The notes under the pieces: model-generated
What the model saw: the letters and a program-made list of their open reading frames with translations, nothing else
Databases searched by the model: none
What the model was told of the DNA's origin: nothing
Origin: Thermoanaerobaculia bacterium
GTDB lineage: Bacteria; Acidobacteriota; Thermoanaerobaculia; UBA5066; Gp7-AA6
Assembly: GCA_038203955.1 (NCBI GenBank)
Contig: JBBRDK010000005.1
Span: forward strand, 6,401-70,400
Length of the DNA stretch: 64,000 nt
Direction of reading: 5' to 3'
In this document: positions 20,301 through 28,673 of the stretch, piece by piece
How positions within the stretch are numbered: the stretch's first letter is position 1
Layout of the letters: every line of letters starts with the position of its first letter
Translations under genes and position numbers: made by a program

Positions 20301-20567
20301 GGACGTTTTCCACACCCCGCCTCCGGTCGCCCCGAAATAAAAGGTCAGAGGATCGTGGCGGACTCCCGTCACGGCGGTGACGCGGCCGCCCCGGAAAGGC
20401 CCGATGTTGCGAAACTGAAGGCCGTCGAAGAGATCCGAGAACGTCTTCGGCTTCTCGTCCGCCTTCGTGGAAACCGACGCCGGTTTTGGCGCGGTGGTGG
20501 CCGCGAAAAGCGGGAAAGCCGCGGCGAAGAGGCCGGCAAGGGCGAGCGCCCGGCGGGAGTGAAGCAC
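17334..20567 (-). CDS. Secreted Sortilin/VPS10-type BNR (Asp-box) repeat protein, glycosyl-hydrolase-like
   Basis: Multiple SxDxGxTW Asp-boxes (KTSDGGSNW, KSTDAGLTW, RSRDGGRTW, RSTDGGDTW and others). GTG start at 20567 sits behind a GGAGGA SD; the upstream 87 codons of the track ORF are Arg-rich non-coding-like sequence. Confidence 0.8.
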   Translation of the reverse strand: MLHSRRALALAGLFAAAFPLFAATTAPKPASVSTKADEKPKTFSDLFDGLQFRNIGPFRGGRVTAVTGVRHDPLTFYFGATGGGVWKTSDGGSNWEAVSDKDFKTGSVGAIAVSESDPNVVYVGMGEAPIRGNVSHGDGVYKSTDAGLTWTSMGLKGTRQIARVRVHPTDPDLVYVAAQGHVWGKNADRGIYRSRDGGRTWAKVLYVNDETGASDLAMDPSNPRTLYAAFWQVVRRPWELVDGGPASALYRSTDGGDTWKKIEAEGLPSGLWGKVGVAASAARPGRVYAFIEAKDGGGLFVSDDRGEKWKHVNDEHKIRQRAWYYAWVYPDPKNADTVYLPNVNLHRSTDGGKTFSNLSSPHGDHHDLWIDPDDSNRMILGNDGGATISFNGGRTWSTQNNQPTAQFYRVTTDDRFPYWVYGSQQDNSNVCIPSGVTGAAIDMADWHSAGGGESGWIAPDLKNPDVVYAGEYGGQITRYDHRTRQAREIGSWPQLADGHATRDLKYRFQWNAPILISRHDQKTLYHASQILLRSRDEGETWEEASPDLTRNDVTKQGDSGGPIARDITGVEVYGTIFAISESPVEPGILWAGSDDGLVHVTRDGAKTWQNVTPKGMPEWIQINAIDASPHEKGVAYVAATMYKFDDFAPYLYRTKDYGKTWTKIVTGIPGDAFTRVVREDPARRGLLYAGTETGLYVSFDDGAGWRAFQRNLPATPITDLTVKNGDLVVATQGRAFWILDDLTPVRQWNESVPASGPRLFAPRKAVRMQTERVDEEDEPLRGVGTNLPNGVIVNYWLSEKPAKGEKVVLEILAEGKVIRSFSNQKPEKDGDLKEQAAREEEEKDRDKPLELKAGLNRFVWDMRVFKPTLVPKAVFNEGTKTPPKVGPGSYQVRLTARGKSFTETAVVEPHPGGFASAADLKAQYDLLTAIRDRLSETHATVLKIRDARLQAKELGDRAARLGKGDALSKRAAALASRLTAVEEKLINPNIKANEDDLNFEPKLDHDLTNLAGIVASADAKPLASSVRYYDLLKTRLVAVVGEFDRLMEGDVAEFNRAADALQIPRVVPAPKVETAAP

Positions 20568-20659
20568 GGGTCCTCCTTGAGTGGAAGCCGCAGAGTATAG
20601 GGCAGCGTTCGAGCGGCTTTGCCGGGGTAGACTTCGACCGTAACGACGCCCCACGTTCG

Positions 20660-21535
20660 ATGAAGTTCCGCGCCGCCATCGCCGCCGCCTGGCTCCTGCT
20701 CGCCTGCGGGTGCGCGTCCGTCCGCATGGAGCACGGAGCGGCGGTCGGGACCGCGGGCGCCGCGTGGGGACGCGCGATGGATTCGCTCCTGCTTCTCGCC
20801 GAGGAGACCTCCGTGGACGCGGATTCATCCCGCGCGCTTTCGGAGGGGCAGGGACTGTCGCGGGAAGAGCGCCGCGCCGTGCTCGAGAAGCATGCCGGCG
20901 TCGAGGACCTGATCTCGGACCTGGAGCGCCTCCGGAGACACGCGCGTCTCCTCACCCGGTACTTCGAAGGACTGAGAGAGCTCGCGGATCCCGCGGCCGA
21001 TCGCGCCGCCTCCGACGCCGCCGCGAAGGCGGCCGAATCGGCGGGCGACCTCGGGCGTGAGCTCTCCGGGTCAAAGCTTCTGAGCGCTTCGGAGCGCGAC
21101 CTCCTGTCGAAAACAGCCGGACTGCTCGTCCGCGGCGTGCGGGAGAGGGCTCTCGATCGCGAGGTCGCGGCGCGCGCTTCCGCCATCGATCACGAGCTGG
21201 CGGTTCAGAAGACGCTTCTCGACGCCCTGCGGCGCGAGATCCGGGCAGACACGGTCTCCCTGCGCGAGCTCGGGCGGCAGCGCGACGTCGCGAGGCCCTA
21301 CCTCGAGAACCGCGTGCAGGATCCCGCCGCGTGGATCGCCCAGCGGCGCCTTTACACTCTTCCGCCCGCGGTGGGCGACATCCTCGCCGACGCCAGCGAC
21401 ACGGCCAGCCGGCTGCGTTCGGCGTGGGCGGCGCTGGCGCAAGGGCGGCTCGACGGGGCGGCATGGTCCACCCTGCTCGCCGACGCCGACGCGCTCGCAT
21501 CCTGGGTTCGCGCCGTGCGGGAGGCGCGCTCGTGA
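20660..21535 (+). CDS. Lipoprotein of unknown function, helical/coiled-coil
   Basis: MKFRAAIAAAWLLLACGC lipobox; ATG at 20660. Confidence 0.6.
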   Translation: MKFRAAIAAAWLLLACGCASVRMEHGAAVGTAGAAWGRAMDSLLLLAEETSVDADSSRALSEGQGLSREERRAVLEKHAGVEDLISDLERLRRHARLLTRYFEGLRELADPAADRAASDAAAKAAESAGDLGRELSGSKLLSASERDLLSKTAGLLVRGVRERALDREVAARASAIDHELAVQKTLLDALRREIRADTVSLRELGRQRDVARPYLENRVQDPAAWIAQRRLYTLPPAVGDILADASDTASRLRSAWAALAQGRLDGAAWSTLLADADALASWVRAVREARS

Positions 21536-21891
21536 CCGCCTCCGACGACGCCGCGGACGCCGCCCGGGAAAAACTGCTCGATCTCCTGCGGAACCGGGTG
21601 CGGGCGCCGATCGAGCGCCATGCCGACGAGATCCTCGATTCGTTCGTGGACGACAACGAAGGTCTCGCCGCGTTTCAGCTGGCGCGCGCCGACCTGGACC
21701 AGTTGATCACGCACCTGGAGCACGCGAACCTGAAGGTCCTCTCGCAGCGGCTCGACTCCCACAGAAGCGAGCTCACCTCCGGAATCCGCGACATGACCGA
21801 CAGCCTGAAAACGGCCAAGAGCCTGACGCATTCCGCCGAGCTCTTCGCGACGGTCGTTGGAGTCTTGGCGCGGATCGTGGCGTTGGCGTGA
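21532..21891 (+). CDS. Small protein of unknown function with a hydrophobic C-terminal tail
   Basis: The GTG start overlaps the upstream stop (GTGA). The C-terminus is AELFATVVGVLARIVALA. Confidence 0.5.
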   Translation: MTASDDAADAAREKLLDLLRNRVRAPIERHADEILDSFVDDNEGLAAFQLARADLDQLITHLEHANLKVLSQRLDSHRSELTSGIRDMTDSLKTAKSLTHSAELFATVVGVLARIVALA

Positions 21892-21897
21892 GGAGGG

Positions 21898-22012
21898 TTG
21901 AGCGTTAAGCGTCGTGCGTTGAGCGTTCGTTCCGGTCTCCGTTCCCGTCTCGAATTTCGATTTCCGATTCCCGATTCCCGACCCGGTCTTCACCGCCTCC
22001 CGCCTCCCGCCC
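21898..22012. repeat. Three consecutive heptamer arrays: TTGAGCG-type, ATTCCCG-type and CGCCTCC-type
   Basis: Read directly. Together they make up most of the 150-nt intergenic region upstream of the rhodanese gene. Confidence 0.8.
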
Positions 22013-22041
22013 AGTCGCTATACTCGCGCCCGGGCGAATCC

Positions 22042-22422
22042 ATGACCTCTCCGACTCCCTACAGCCGTCTCGTCTCCGAAGCGAAAGCGCAGATCCGGGA
22101 GACCACGCCGGAAGAGGTGCTCGCGCGCCGCGCGCGGGGTGACAGCCCGGTGCTGGTGGACGTGCGGGAGGACGACGAATTCCGCAAGGACCACGCGGCG
22201 GGCGCTCTCCACCTCTCCCGGGGGATTCTCGAGCGAGAGGTCGGTAAGACGATCCCCGACGCGGACATGCCGGTCGTTCTGTACTGCGGCTCGGGGTCCC
22301 GCTCGGCGCTCGCCGCCGACACTCTTCGCCGGATGGGTTACACGCAGGTCGCGTCGATGAAGGGCGGAATCGGGCGCTGGCGCGAGCTCGGCCTTCCCCT
22401 CGAAATTTGCAAGAAGGACTAG
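22042..22422 (+). CDS. Rhodanese-domain sulfurtransferase
   Basis: Active-site loop VLYCGSGSRSA; 126 aa from the ATG at 22042. Confidence 0.8.
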   Translation: MTSPTPYSRLVSEAKAQIRETTPEEVLARRARGDSPVLVDVREDDEFRKDHAAGALHLSRGILEREVGKTIPDADMPVVLYCGSGSRSALAADTLRRMGYTQVASMKGGIGRWRELGLPLEICKKD

Positions 22423-22430
22423 GAGCCGGC

Positions 22431-23462
22431 ATGGCGCTCTCCGTCGGCATCCGGGGGCTCGGCCGGATCGGCCGGAATCTCTTTCGTCTCCTGTACGCGC
22501 GGCCGGACGTCCGAATCGCGGGCGTGAGCGAGATCGCGGACCCGGCGGGGCTCGAGTACCTCCTGCGGTTCGACACGACCCTCGGACGTTTCCCCGACGA
22601 GATCTCGATCCGCGAGGGGAACATCTACGTCGCCGGCCGCCAGATCCCGCTGCTCTCCGAGTCGGACGGCCGGCAGACCCCGTGGGGCGAGCTCGGCGCG
22701 CACACGCTCCTCGAAGCGACGTCGCGCCCCCGCCCCCGCCGGGAGCTCGCGCGGCACCTGGAAGCCGGCGCGAAGCGGGTCATCTCCCTGGCGCCGCCGG
22801 ACCCCGCCGACCCGCCGGACGCCGTCGCCGTGATGGGCCTGAACGACGACGCGCTTTCGAGCGAGCATCGGATCGTCTCGAACGCCTCGTCCACCGTGCA
22901 CTGCGTCTCCCCGATCGCGAAGATCCTGGCGGAAGCCTTCGGAATCGAGCGCGCGATGTTCACGACGGTGCACTCCTACACGAGCCAGCACCGCCTGGCG
23001 GACGTGCCCGCAGAGGACAAACGCCGCGGCCGGGCGGCCGCCGAAAACATCATCCCGCAGGCGTCCCGCTCGCCGGCGATGCTCGCGGCTCTCCTTCCCG
23101 AGATCGGCGGGCGGATCACCGGGTCGGCAATGAGCGTTCCCGTCCGCAACGGGTCGCTCGTCGACCTGGTGTGCTGGCACGAGAAGAAAATTTCGAGGAC
23201 CGCGATCAACGAGGTCGTGCGGACGGCGGCCGCGACGCGCCGCTGGAACCGGTATCTCAAGTACGAGGTCGAGCCGATCGTCTCGAGCGACGTCGCGCAC
23301 AGCCCGTATTCCTCCGTCTACGACTCCCTCGCGACGATGGTGATGGGGGATCGCGTCTCGAAGACGGTCTCCTGGTTCGACTCCGGGTTCGGTTACGCGT
23401 ATCGCGCGATCGACCTGCTGGGGCGGTTTGCCGAGCTCGACGGCGCCGAGAAATCCTCATGA
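22431..23462 (+). CDS. GAPDH-like paralogue lacking the catalytic cysteine
   Basis: The GIRGLGRIGRN NAD motif is retained. The active site reads SNASSTVHC where canonical GAPDH has SNASCTTNC, and MSVPV where it has MRVPV. AGGAG SD lies 6 nt upstream of the ATG. Confidence 0.8.
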   Translation: MALSVGIRGLGRIGRNLFRLLYARPDVRIAGVSEIADPAGLEYLLRFDTTLGRFPDEISIREGNIYVAGRQIPLLSESDGRQTPWGELGAHTLLEATSRPRPRRELARHLEAGAKRVISLAPPDPADPPDAVAVMGLNDDALSSEHRIVSNASSTVHCVSPIAKILAEAFGIERAMFTTVHSYTSQHRLADVPAEDKRRGRAAAENIIPQASRSPAMLAALLPEIGGRITGSAMSVPVRNGSLVDLVCWHEKKISRTAINEVVRTAAATRRWNRYLKYEVEPIVSSDVAHSPYSSVYDSLATMVMGDRVSKTVSWFDSGFGYAYRAIDLLGRFAELDGAEKSS

Positions 23463-24457
23463 TCCGAGTCGGCATCAACGGTTTCGGCAGGATCGGGCGG
23501 TCCGTCTTCCGGATCCTCTCGGACCGGTCCGACGTCGAGGTCGCGGCCATCAACGACCTGTACGACAACGATCAGCTCGCCTATCTCTTGAAGTACGACA
23601 CGGTGATGCGCGTGTTCGAGAAGGAGGTTCGAGCGGACCAGGATTCGATCACGGTCGGCGGGCGGCGGGTCCGGATGACGGAGGAGCGGGACCCGGCGAA
23701 GCTCCCCTGGGGCGAGATGAAAGTCGACGTGGTCGTGGAGTCGACCGGTGTCCTCCTGACCCGGGAGAAGCTGGAGGGGCATCTCACCGGCGGCGCCCGC
23801 AAGGTGATCCTGACGGTGCCGGCAAAAGACCAGATCGACGCGACCATCGTCATGGGCGTCAACGACGATTCCTTGAAGCCTGAGCACCGCCTCGTCTCCA
23901 ACGCCTCCTGTACGACGAATTGCCTCGCGCCGCTGGCGAAGATCCTGGACGACCGATTCGGGATCGAGGAGGCGTTCATGACGACGGTGCACGCGTATAC
24001 GAACGACCAGCGCCTCGCCGACGTGCCTCACAAGGACCTGCGCCGGAGCCGCGCCGCCGCAGAGAACATCATCCCGACCACGACGGGCGCCGCGAAGGCC
24101 GTCGGGGAGGTGCTCCCCCGGCTGAAAGGGAAGCTCGACGGAATGGCCATGCGCGTGCCGGTGCCGGACGGGTCGATCGTGGACCTCACCTGCCGCGTCT
24201 CGAAGACGCCGACCGCCAGGGACGTCAACGCGGCCGTGGCCGAGGCGGCCGACGGGCCGATGAAGCGCATCGTTCAATACAGCGAGGCGCCGCTCGTCTC
24301 CTCCGACATCATCGGAAACCCCCACTCCTCGGTCTTCGACGCGCTCTCGACCGCCGCATCCGGAGATGGATGGGTCAAGGCCGTGGCGTGGTACGACAAC
24401 GAATGGGGGTATTCGAACCGCGTGGTCGATCTGATCGAGCGGCTGGCGACTATTTAG
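23459..24457 (+). CDS. gap: Glyceraldehyde-3-phosphate dehydrogenase, type I
   Basis: INGFGRIGR, SNASCTTNCLAPL, TTVHAYT, WYDNEWGYS. ATGA overlap with the upstream paralogue. Confidence 0.92.
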   Translation: MIRVGINGFGRIGRSVFRILSDRSDVEVAAINDLYDNDQLAYLLKYDTVMRVFEKEVRADQDSITVGGRRVRMTEERDPAKLPWGEMKVDVVVESTGVLLTREKLEGHLTGGARKVILTVPAKDQIDATIVMGVNDDSLKPEHRLVSNASCTTNCLAPLAKILDDRFGIEEAFMTTVHAYTNDQRLADVPHKDLRRSRAAAENIIPTTTGAAKAVGEVLPRLKGKLDGMAMRVPVPDGSIVDLTCRVSKTPTARDVNAAVAEAADGPMKRIVQYSEAPLVSSDIIGNPHSSVFDALSTAASGDGWVKAVAWYDNEWGYSNRVVDLIERLATI

Positions 24458-24490
24458 TTCTCAGTCGTCAGTTTTCAGTTCTCAGTTTCT
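24456..24490. repeat. Heptamer array AGTTNTC x5
   Basis: agttctc agtcgtc agttttc agttctc agtttct, lying exactly between the convergent stops of gap and the next gene. Confidence 0.8.
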
Positions 24491-24911
24491 ATTTCTTCGG
24501 GCCGAAGCGGGCGCGCAGGGTCTTCATGCGCTCCTCCGCGGCCGGCAGCGCCGCGACCTTTTCGACGTTGACGAGAAGCCGGGGATTCGTCTCGCTGCGG
24601 ATCGCCGGGACGACGTGCTCGAGCTTGGCCCAGACGACAAGCATCTCGCCGCCGGACTCCAGGAAAAGAACGGAGTCGAGGATCCCGTGGACGATGAACG
24701 AGGCGGCCATGTCCCAGTACGTCGTGACCATCCGGTAGGACGCGTTTTCGGCGGTCCCGGCCGCCAGTCCACGAACGTCTTCCACGGAGCGCGGCGAGAA
24801 CTTCTGCAGGAACCACTCGCGCGCCTCGCGCATCCTCGGCTCGCGGCGCAGGTCGTAGAGGTTCAAAATCAACTGGGCATCGTGATGCGTCGCGACCGAT
24901 TGTTTCGCCAT
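24489..24911 (-). CDS. Conserved hypothetical protein
   Basis: The start MAKQSV at 24911 sits behind a GGAGGA SD. Codon usage is coding-like and I recognise no motif. Confidence 0.55.
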   Translation of the reverse strand: MAKQSVATHHDAQLILNLYDLRREPRMREAREWFLQKFSPRSVEDVRGLAAGTAENASYRMVTTYWDMAASFIVHGILDSVLFLESGGEMLVVWAKLEHVVPAIRSETNPRLLVNVEKVAALPAAEERMKTLRARFGPKK

Positions 24912-24981
24912 GTGTGGTCCTCCGGTTGCCGGGATCTCTTCGCCGCCTGTTCTATCATCGCCCGCCTGTGGAGGAGCTCCC

Positions 24982-26316
24982 ATGCGGCGACCCGCTTTCC
25001 TCGCGGCTCTTCTGGCCCTCTCGACGGTCGGCGGCGCAATCGCCGCGCCGCCGCGATCCGATCCGGCCCGTACGGGCGGCGGAAAAGCGCGAATGAACGC
25101 CGTCGCCGAGTCCTACGTCAAGCTCGTTCTCGCGCTCGGACGGCACGACGCCGATTACGTGGATTCGTACTACGGGCCGCCCGCCTGGAAGGAGGAGGCC
25201 GGGCGAGTGAGCCGGCCGCTTCCCGAGATCCACGCGGAGGCTGAGGCGCTTCTCGCGCGACTCGCTCTCATTCCCGAGCCCCGCGAGGAGATGGAGCGGC
25301 TGCGGCATCGCTACCTCGTCAGGCAGCTTTCCGCGCTCCGGGCCCGCTCGGAAATGCTCTCGGGCAGGAGGTTTTCCTTCGACGAGGAGTCCCGGGCCCT
25401 GTACGACGCCGTGGCGCCGACACAGGCCGAGGAGCACTTTCGGGCCATGCGCGACGAGCTCGCCCGCCTGCTTCCCGGGACCGGATCGATGGGAGAGCGC
25501 TACGAGGCCTTCCGCCGGGATTTTACGATTCCGCCGGCAAAGCTCGACGCCGTCTTCTCCGCGGCGATCGAAACGGGCTGCGCTCGCACGAAGGCCCACA
25601 TCTCGCTTCCCGCCGAGGAGCGCTTCCGCGTGGAGCAGGTCACCGGGAAGTCATGGAGCGGCTACAACTGGTACCAGGGGAAGTTTCACAGCCTGATCCA
25701 GGTGAACACGGACCTCCCCGTCTACATCGACCGGGCGGTCGACCTCGCCTGTCACGAGGGATATCCCGGGCACCACGTCTACAACGTCCTGATCGAGAAG
25801 AACCTCGTGCGGGACCGCGGATGGATCGAGTTCAGCGTGTATCCGCTCTTTTCTCCGCAGTCGCTCATCGCGGAGGGCAGCGCGAATTTCGGGATCGAGG
25901 TCGCGTTTCCCGGACCGGAACGGACCCGATTCGAGACGGAGGTGCTATTCCCGCTCGCGGGCCTCGACCCTTCCAGGGCCGCGAAATACGCGGAGGTGCA
26001 GAAGCTCGCGGAGAAATCGAGCTACGCCGGGAACGAGGCCGCGCTCCGCTACTTGAACGGCGAGATCGACGCGAAGCAGGCGGCCGACTGGCTGGAAGAG
26101 TACGGGTTCATGACGCGGCCCCGAGCGGAGCAGCGCGTGCGGTTCATCGACCAGTACCGCAGCTACGTCATCAACTACAACCTGGGGAAGGACCTGGTGC
26201 GGAAGTGGATCGAGGCGCAGGGAGGAACCGCGGATCAGCCGGAACGACGATGGAAGGCCTTCGCGAAGCTGCTGTCGTCACCGAGGTTGCCGTCGGACCT
26301 CGTGTCGGGGCGGTGA
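24982..26316 (+). CDS. Secreted DUF885-like putative metallopeptidase-fold protein
   Basis: Signal peptide MRRPAFLAALLALSTVGGAIA and an HEGYPGHH motif resembling the DUF885 HExxPGHH. Confidence 0.65.
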   Translation: MRRPAFLAALLALSTVGGAIAAPPRSDPARTGGGKARMNAVAESYVKLVLALGRHDADYVDSYYGPPAWKEEAGRVSRPLPEIHAEAEALLARLALIPEPREEMERLRHRYLVRQLSALRARSEMLSGRRFSFDEESRALYDAVAPTQAEEHFRAMRDELARLLPGTGSMGERYEAFRRDFTIPPAKLDAVFSAAIETGCARTKAHISLPAEERFRVEQVTGKSWSGYNWYQGKFHSLIQVNTDLPVYIDRAVDLACHEGYPGHHVYNVLIEKNLVRDRGWIEFSVYPLFSPQSLIAEGSANFGIEVAFPGPERTRFETEVLFPLAGLDPSRAAKYAEVQKLAEKSSYAGNEAALRYLNGEIDAKQAADWLEEYGFMTRPRAEQRVRFIDQYRSYVINYNLGKDLVRKWIEAQGGTADQPERRWKAFAKLLSSPRLPSDLVSGR

Positions 26317-26326
26317 GACGAGGGCC

Positions 26327-26407
26327 AGGAATCGGGAATCAGGAGCCGAGCGACCAACGGGAGCGAGGCCGCGGTACTCCGCGGTCAACTAGTTCGGGAA
26401 TCGACGG
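26327..26407 (+). repeat. Conserved ~68-nt intergenic element, copy E2, preceded by GGAATCG heptamers
   Basis: AGGAGCCGAGCGACCAACGGGAGCGAGGCCGCGGTACTCCGCGGTCAACTAGTTCGGGAATCGACGG. It has a 3-nt deletion relative to the other copies. Confidence 0.8.
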
Positions 26408-26524
26408 ATGACCCGAACCGGAAGAAACCACGCAAAGAAAATCCCGGAGCGCAAGTTTCGTCTGCAGCTCCGGGGGTTGAGGCGAAAAGCGCTCTCTCGC
26501 GCCCCGCGTCGAGTCTGACTCTTC

Positions 26525-27160
26525 TTACTTGGATCCGCCCGACGTCGACCGCGCGGTCTTGCCGGCGACCTTCGCGTTCAGCTCCTGGATCATCTTCAGG
26601 TGCTCCTGGAGGGTCGGGAGCGTCTTACTCGCGAACGCCTTGACCTCCGGGTCTTTGCCGCCGTTCGCTTCCTTCTGGAACTCGGCGACATCCTTCTTGT
26701 GGTCCTTGACCATGTCCGCGACGTACGCCTTGTCGAACGCGTCGCCCGAGAGCTTCGCCATCTTGTCCATCGCCGCCTTCTGAGCCGGATCGACCGCGCT
26801 CGGAAGCGTGATCCCCTTCGCGCTCGCGACCTGCTTCAGCTCGTCGTTCGCCTTCGAGTGGTCATCGACCATCTTCTGGCCGAACTGCTTGACGTCCGGG
26901 TTTGTCGCCTTGTCGGCCGCCATCTTGCCCATCTCCACCTCGGCCATTCCACCCTTCGCGGCGTCCATCACGAACTTCGAATCGGCGCTCTTGGCGGTGG
27001 AGCCGCTCATCGCGCTCGAGCCCATCTTCGAGCTCTTGGCCGTGTCCGGCGTTCCGCTCGTTCCGGTCGTTCCCTGGGTCTGAGCGGCCGCGTGAGCCGA
27101 TCCCAGAACGAGAGCGCCCGCAGCCGCAGCGGCCATGAAAAGTGAGAGTTTCTTCGCCAT
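26525..27160 (-). CDS. DUF4142-domain secreted protein
   Basis: Signal peptide, a low-complexity S/T/G linker, then FDKAYVADMVKDHKKDVAEFQKEA and TLPTLQEHLKM. Confidence 0.8.
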   Translation of the reverse strand: MAKKLSLFMAAAAAGALVLGSAHAAAQTQGTTGTSGTPDTAKSSKMGSSAMSGSTAKSADSKFVMDAAKGGMAEVEMGKMAADKATNPDVKQFGQKMVDDHSKANDELKQVASAKGITLPSAVDPAQKAAMDKMAKLSGDAFDKAYVADMVKDHKKDVAEFQKEANGGKDPEVKAFASKTLPTLQEHLKMIQELNAKVAGKTARSTSGGSK

Positions 27161-27252
27161 TTGTTCCCCCTTGAAATTGAATGGACGCGGGGCCCCGATC
27201 GATACGAACGAGGCTCAACCGCAGAGAAAGAGGGAGCAAAGGCAGTGCCACT

Positions 27253-27297
27253 CGAACGCAAGCGACGCTCGACGCTGAACGCTCGACGCTCAACTCT
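27253..27297. repeat. Heptamer array CTSRACG x6 (AACGCTC family)
   Basis: ctcgacg ctgaacg ctcgacg ctcaact, read directly. Confidence 0.75.
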
Positions 27298-27487
27298 CTT
27301 TAGGCAGATACCTCGCACAGGCCACCACGGGCTGCGGGGGATATCGGCGGAAAATCGGGCAGAAGATGAACACCGAGCGGGGCGTGCGGATGTATTTCGG
27401 GGGCGCCGCGCACGTGTGGCAGAGGCTGTCGGGAAAAGGGAGCGCCTCGGGGTCCGGAGGTTCCGGGGGTCCTTCGTTTCCGGTCAC
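27290..27487 (-). CDS. Small Cys-rich protein (about 65 aa), tentative
   Basis: The GTG start overlaps the stop of the epimerase gene (GTGA). It contains CHTC...FCPIF...PQPVVAC. The ORF is the tail of track ORF 27290..27958. Confidence 0.4.
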   Translation of the reverse strand: MTGNEGPPEPPDPEALPFPDSLCHTCAAPPKYIRTPRSVFIFCPIFRRYPPQPVVACARYLPKES

Positions 27488-28518
27488 GGGCGTCGCCCCT
27501 CGGTTGGCGCGGCCGCGGCCAGCGCGGCATCTTCGAGGGAATAGTCGGGAGCCGGCGCGCCGGCGCCGCTCTCCTTCTCCCACTCCGCAGTCCTCCGGAA
27601 GGCGGTCTCCGGAGCCGTGATCTCGCGCCAGTCGAGTTCCCGCCGGATCCGGGATGTGTCGTAAGAGATCGGCTGGGCGAAATTTCCCGCGGCCGCCAGA
27701 TGGGGCGGCAGCCGCGCCTCGGCGAGCGCGACGACCTGCCCTTCCCATTCGAGCGCCCGGCCGAATGCCTGCGCCCGTTCCGCCATCGTCGGCGCCGTCT
27801 CTTCTCCCACGTTGTAGATGCGGCCGCGCGCCCTCTCCGCCGTCACCGCCAGCACGACGGCCTCGGCCACGTCGTCCACGTAACCGTGCGTCCAGCGAAA
27901 CGCGGCGTGCGACTTGCCGAAGAGAATCGCGGGGCGGCCATCCGCGATCCTGCGCCATGCCGCTCCGAAGCGGTGCTGCCGATCGCCCGGACCGTACACC
28001 GCCGGAAGGCGAAGGACGGTCCCCGGCATCGCGGGGTCGGACTGAACGACCCGCTCGACGAGGAGCTTTTCATAGTCCGCGAGATGATCCGGGAGACCTG
28101 GCATCCCTCGATACGGGAAGAGACTTTCCCGCATGGCCGAGTCTTCGGTCAGCGGCCGCGGATCCGGAGCTCCGCCTTCGCTTCCGGAGAAGACGCCCCA
28201 CGCGCGGTACACGTCGCCGCTCGAGAGCGCCACCACGCGGCGCGCGATTCCGCGGAAAGTGCTCATCAGCGCGCGGGAGTCCGCCTCACCGATGGGCGCC
28301 ATCGCGAGCACGACGTCCCAGGCGAGATCCGTCAGCTCGTCCGGAAAGGAGACGACCGGCGGCGCGGCGCCCGCGGCATGGACGTGCCGGACGCCGAACG
28401 GGAGGGACGCCTCGTGCTCGCCGCGGTGATACACCGTGACGTGATGTCCGAGGTTGGACAGCCGCGTCACCACCCGAGGCCCGAGGAACCCCGTCCCGCC
28501 GACGACGAGGACACGCAT
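27484..28518 (-). CDS. NAD-dependent epimerase/dehydratase family protein
   Basis: MRVLVVGGTGFLGPRVV Rossmann motif and YEKLLVE (YxxxK). Confidence 0.8.
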   Translation of the reverse strand: MRVLVVGGTGFLGPRVVTRLSNLGHHVTVYHRGEHEASLPFGVRHVHAAGAAPPVVSFPDELTDLAWDVVLAMAPIGEADSRALMSTFRGIARRVVALSSGDVYRAWGVFSGSEGGAPDPRPLTEDSAMRESLFPYRGMPGLPDHLADYEKLLVERVVQSDPAMPGTVLRLPAVYGPGDRQHRFGAAWRRIADGRPAILFGKSHAAFRWTHGYVDDVAEAVVLAVTAERARGRIYNVGEETAPTMAERAQAFGRALEWEGQVVALAEARLPPHLAAAGNFAQPISYDTSRIRRELDWREITAPETAFRRTAEWEKESGAGAPAPDYSLEDAALAAAAPTEGRRP

Positions 28519-28542
28519 TCCGGCGGAGCATAGCGGGGAAAC

Positions 28543-28611
28543 GGGAGCCGAGCGACCAACGGGAGCGAGACGGCCGCGGTACGCGCGGTCAACTAGACCG
28601 GGTATCGACGG
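28543..28611 (+). repeat. Conserved ~68-nt intergenic element, copy E3
   Basis: GGGAGCCGAGCGACCAACGGGAGCGAGACGGCCGCGGTACGCGCGGTCAACTAGACCGGGTATCGACGG. Confidence 0.8.
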
Positions 28612-28642
28612 AACGACCGTGGAAAGGAGCGGAACCGATCAC

Positions 28643-28672
28643 GAGAACTGAAAACCTAAAACTCAAAACTCT
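28643..28672. repeat. Heptamer array NARAACT x4
   Basis: gagaact gaaaacc taaaact caaaact, immediately 3' of def. Confidence 0.7.
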
Positions 28673-28673
28673 C

